Below are positions 61,518-64,000 of a stretch of DNA of 64,000 bases, one piece after another. How positions within the stretch are numbered: the stretch's first letter is position 1; the number at the start of each line of letters is the position of its first letter. This stretch comes from Calcarisporiella thermophila CBS 279.70 (Eukaryota > Fungi > Calcarisporiellomycota): positions 721,328 through 785,327 of the forward strand of contig NW_027192191.1 in the NCBI RefSeq assembly GCF_041956535.1, given 5' to 3'. The position numbers were made by a program, and so were the translations under genes. The notes below the pieces were generated by a model. The model did no database searches. It saw only the letters and a list, made by a program, of their open reading frames with translations, and was not told the DNA's origin.

Positions 61518-62054
61518 TCCCCTCCGCATCTTTTCGTTACTTTTTCTTCCCCTAACCTTATTCCTCCGCCTCCTGCCTTTGTCTTTTTTTTTCCTCTTTA
61601 CGACTATTATTTGAACCGCTGTAATCGATCACACGCTCTGCCTCTTTTCCTTTTCATTGTTCTTTTTTTTTATTATTTTATTATTATTTCCCGCAACAAC
61701 AGCAATAACATAAACAACAAATGACATGTTCTTATTCCTTTTTTTTCCTTTATATTTAGTGGTATTTTTTTTTCTAGGAAGAGTTTCTTATATTTTTCTT
61801 TTTCTTAGATGATCTTTTTTTTTTTTTCCTTCAAAATTGTGAAGCCATGGCTCTTTAATATTATCTATATCTATCTATCTTCTCTTTTTCATTGTCCTTT
61901 TTCTCTTTCACTTTCTTTTCCTCTGCCAAATTGAATTTGTCTCGGAGGGAGGGAGAAGATAGTTGAAATACGAAAAGTTTATTAAGAAAAAAGGGCGTCT
62001 ATATGGTACTATTTACAAAGGAGGGCAATTGACAGGAAATAAGGCCGGAAATCC

Positions 62055-62372
62055 CTATTTCTGGCCATCAATCTCTTTCCAGATACTTTCAATACGCTTC
62101 CGCCGCTCTGCTGCATCCTGTTTATTCTTTTGACGTTTTCTCACATGCTAGATATTTGTTGAGATGGTAATGAGCGATTTCCCGGAAAAATTGGGGTCAA
62201 CAAGACAATCTCAACCACTTACCTCCTCGGAAAGGCACTTGTTTAGATCGGCTTTGATGCTGTTGCAGCGGCCCAGAAAGGTATTCCAGAAAGAGGCGCG
62301 ATGGCATTCCTCGAGGGCGGCAATCACATCCTGGCATTGGGGATGCTCGTGGTAGGCAAGTTGTGGGTGCAT
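62055..62372 (-). CDS. CMC2: COX assembly mitochondrial protein 2 (twin CX9C), 80 aa
   Basis: MHPQLAYHEHPQCQDVIAALEECHRASFWNTFLGRCNSIKADLNKCLSEE|HVRKRQKN..IDGQK*. Intron 62148-62222. Not in the ORF track. Confidence 0.9.
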
Positions 62373-62647
62373 GCTAGGCGAGTGGGAGACGGGATTGTTT
62401 TTGTCAAAGAGAAACCGACTTGGCCTGTGACGTGATCGAGGCTTTGAATATGAGTGGTGAATAAAATCTTAATTTGAAAATCCCACTCCTTCCCCTTTCT
62501 CCCCTCCGCCTTAAAAATCACTTGAGCATTCCATCGCAAAAACCGCTCCCTCCTCCTTTGTTGGAGTCGTTCTTCTCATGACTATTTTCCCTATCTAGCT
62601 TTGCACTTGCGCCGGTTCACACAAGCACATTGAGTATTTTTTTCGAC

Positions 62648-63802
62648 ATGCCAGACCGCCACTCCACCTCTGCCAGGCACGACACGGCCCCACGACTGGG
62701 GTCGAAATGCACGACAAAAGGGGCGCCTCCCGGCCCAAATGCCATTTTCCCCACGCCTTCCATGCATGACCCTGGCGACAGGGACAGTCGGTCCCGCCGC
62801 GTATCGCCCGTCACTCGCAAACGTTCTCGCAGTGGCTCCCGAGACGGAGCAAGGGGCCGCGTTGGGCGGGACAGAGATAGGCGCACTTCCATAGAGGATA
62901 GAGAGCGGCGCCGTCGATCGCTGTCGACGGCGCGAGGTGAAGGAAGGAGGTCACCGGTCTATTCTTCCGAGACATTGCGGTCGAGAGTAGGCGAGCGCGA
63001 GGAGGAGGAGAGAAAGAGGGGCGAGGAGGCCACACGCGGAAGCGATAGGGGTCGGCATTCGGCCGACCACAAAAGGCACTCAGACCAAGATGGCCACCGG
63101 GAGAGGCGCAGATCGATTCCGCATCCTTGGCAGGAGTGCCTCTCCAGCCGGGGCGAGATCTACTTTTACAATCCCGAGACCGGGGAGAGCCGGTGGAACA
63201 TCCCAAACGAGCCATCGCATCCGCGACGGCGGAGAAGTGAGACCGGGGACTCCACCTTGGACCAAGATCACGCCAAGCGACGGCGCGTCACGGCAGACGC
63301 GCTGAGCGGGAGCGATAGGAGGGCGGTCGCGGACAAGGAGGTGCTCCGGGCCAAACTGAAGCTGCCCACGGGGCCCCGAGGTGTGTCCCAGCAAGAGGAG
63401 CCAAGGTTCGCCCGGCGAGGCTCCACTACGTGGGATGAGGAGAGGCCGGAGCGCAGCGTGGAATCGCAGGAGCAGAGGTCAAGGGGACGAGATCTGGATG
63501 GGCCATCGGATCGCAACCGCTCTGCCGAGCACGGCACTCATCCACCCTTACCGGGCGGGGGTCCTTGTTCGGGCGTGCGGAGCCCAATGAGCCCGTTTTT
63601 TCTCCCTGCTCCCCCGTCTCCTCTCTCGGACCGAGAGCGTATCTGGCGCCAGGTCCGCGCCACCTGGCCCTTCCTCTCTCCGCGCACCGTGGGGACTGAG
63701 CTCTATGCCCGCCTCCGTGAGGTGGTTTGCCAGGGGGAGCTGGAATTTGGCATCCGGTGGCAGCGGCGGTATTTGATGCCCATGGGCGTGGCCATGAAGT
63801 AG
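62648..63802 (+). CDS. Arg/Ser-rich WW-domain protein
   Basis: WW domain IPHPWQECLSSRGEIYFYNPETGESRWNIP inside RS/RD-rich low-complexity sequence, with an LPTGPR motif. Confidence 0.75.
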   Translation: MPDRHSTSARHDTAPRLGSKCTTKGAPPGPNAIFPTPSMHDPGDRDSRSRRVSPVTRKRSRSGSRDGARGRVGRDRDRRTSIEDRERRRRSLSTARGEGRRSPVYSSETLRSRVGEREEEERKRGEEATRGSDRGRHSADHKRHSDQDGHRERRRSIPHPWQECLSSRGEIYFYNPETGESRWNIPNEPSHPRRRRSETGDSTLDQDHAKRRRVTADALSGSDRRAVADKEVLRAKLKLPTGPRGVSQQEEPRFARRGSTTWDEERPERSVESQEQRSRGRDLDGPSDRNRSAEHGTHPPLPGGGPCSGVRSPMSPFFLPAPPSPLSDRERIWRQVRATWPFLSPRTVGTELYARLREVVCQGELEFGIRWQRRYLMPMGVAMK

Positions 63803-64000
63803 GTATCGGCACACAAACATCCCCCACACGATGGCCCCCACTGTACTAATGACCTTGTAACCATACTCTAATCCATTTTTTCTTCCTTTCCTTTTTTTGA
63901 GGTTTTTTTATTTGGAAGGATTCTTTTTTTTTTACTTTTCCGATAACTTGCATGATCTATTTCGATTGTACCCCGCTTCCCCTCCCTCTTTCCATCATGA

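Noticed and set aside
1-64000. Transposons, tRNA, rRNA and CRISPR arrays
   Set aside because: I saw no transposase or RT motifs, terminal repeats, cloverleafs, rRNA-like tracts or repeat-spacer arrays by eye. A covariance-model search was not possible.

Overview
A gene-dense, intron-rich eukaryotic window from a fungus. The gene set (SMG8, animal-type PS synthase, Pil1, Bzz1, Git3-like GPCR, secreted S1 protease) and short GT-AG introns suggest an early-diverging, zygomycete-grade lineage; this is inference. I reconstructed about 26 protein-coding genes by manual splicing. They are: a 7TM receptor joined in frame to a LaeA-like methyltransferase, an S1 protease, Slm1-like, BZZ1, SMG8, PRI2, an Erf4-like 2-TM protein, a giant multi-ASH/Ig-like protein, an MFS transporter, a PAQR, a hydrophilic microprotein, a HAD hydrolase, a G-alpha, an unknown multi-TM protein, a bacterial-type caspase, a C2H2 factor, a SABATH-like protein, PTDSS, RPL26, RPP2, an LPMO-fold secreted protein, Pil1/Lsp1, glyoxalase II, a Rab5-group GTPase, CMC2 and a WW protein. 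I found no rRNA, tRNA, CRISPR array or intact mobile element. The best candidates for new biology are three. (1) An intronless divergent two-gene cassette at 40.8-44.9 kb pairs a bacterial-like C14 caspase, which ends in an amyloid-signalling-like motif, with an unknown membrane protein. (2) The GPCR-methyltransferase fusion has a TGA exactly at the conserved Trp of its SAM-binding motif. (3) The Rab gene appears to have no usable AUG and may start at CUG.
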